The translations under genes were made by a program, and so were the position numbers. Under the pieces are notes generated by a model. It did no database searches. It was not told where the DNA came from and was given only the letters and a program-made list of their open reading frames with translations. From Ginglymostoma cirratum (lineage: Eukaryota), in contig JAHRHZ010000105.1 in NCBI GenBank assembly GCA_024137785.1, forward strand, positions 6,700,219 to 6,764,218: a stretch of 64,000 nt of DNA. Direction: 5' to 3'. This document shows, piece after piece, positions 63,711 to 64,000 of the stretch (its first letter is position 1; each line of letters begins with the position of its first letter).

Positions 63711-64000
63711 TAAATAATTTGGCTGGCAGTTTCCAACTACAGTAATTTAAATGCTTGTTATTCTGTGGAACTTCAAACATTAGAAGAAAAATATGCATTA
63801 CAAAATCATGATGAAACAAAGACAGGGCTGGGCTGCTCTAACGGGCAGTTACAGAATTATACATATTAAAATTAATTGTTTTTTGTTGTTTTCTCTCCTG
63901 ATAGCATTGATTGTAAGATTCCCCAAATATGGTCATTCCTCATGCACAAACTGAGTATGCATCAACCAATCACTCTCTCCACTCTCAGTGCACCTTGGCT

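Noticed and set aside
62499-63713. Plus-strand and alternative-frame ORFs over the Penelope element
   Set aside because: Shadow frames of the GC-rich RT/GIY-YIG coding sequence.

Overview
Eukaryotic vertebrate DNA, almost certainly shark (elasmobranch), judged from its HE1/V-SINEs, Deu-type SINEs, CR1 LINEs and Penelope elements. Left to right: (i) a CpG-rich promoter/5'UTR of a minus-strand gene whose CDS lies outside the window, probably PCGF2 (BMI1-like 5'UTR element plus synteny); (ii) about 42 kb of non-coding DNA that looks unusually CpG-undepleted and carries enhancer-like motif clusters, one intact tRNA-Asn(GTT) and a 400-N gap; (iii) a complete six-exon PSMB3 gene (+, 205 aa); (iv) the last coding exon and long 3'UTR of PIP4K2B (-), tail-to-tail with PSMB3; (v) a 5'-truncated Penelope-like retroelement (RT YIDD motif, GIY-YIG endonuclease, 14-bp TSD). 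The most striking signal is a set of short, TSD-flanked, fold-back Penelope-terminus insertions from two families. They share a fixed architecture: a ~35-nt tail, a constant inversion junction and a minimal hammerhead-ribozyme core. Almost all ORF-track entries are spurious. Repeat boundaries are approximate, and human comparisons are from memory, not from searches.
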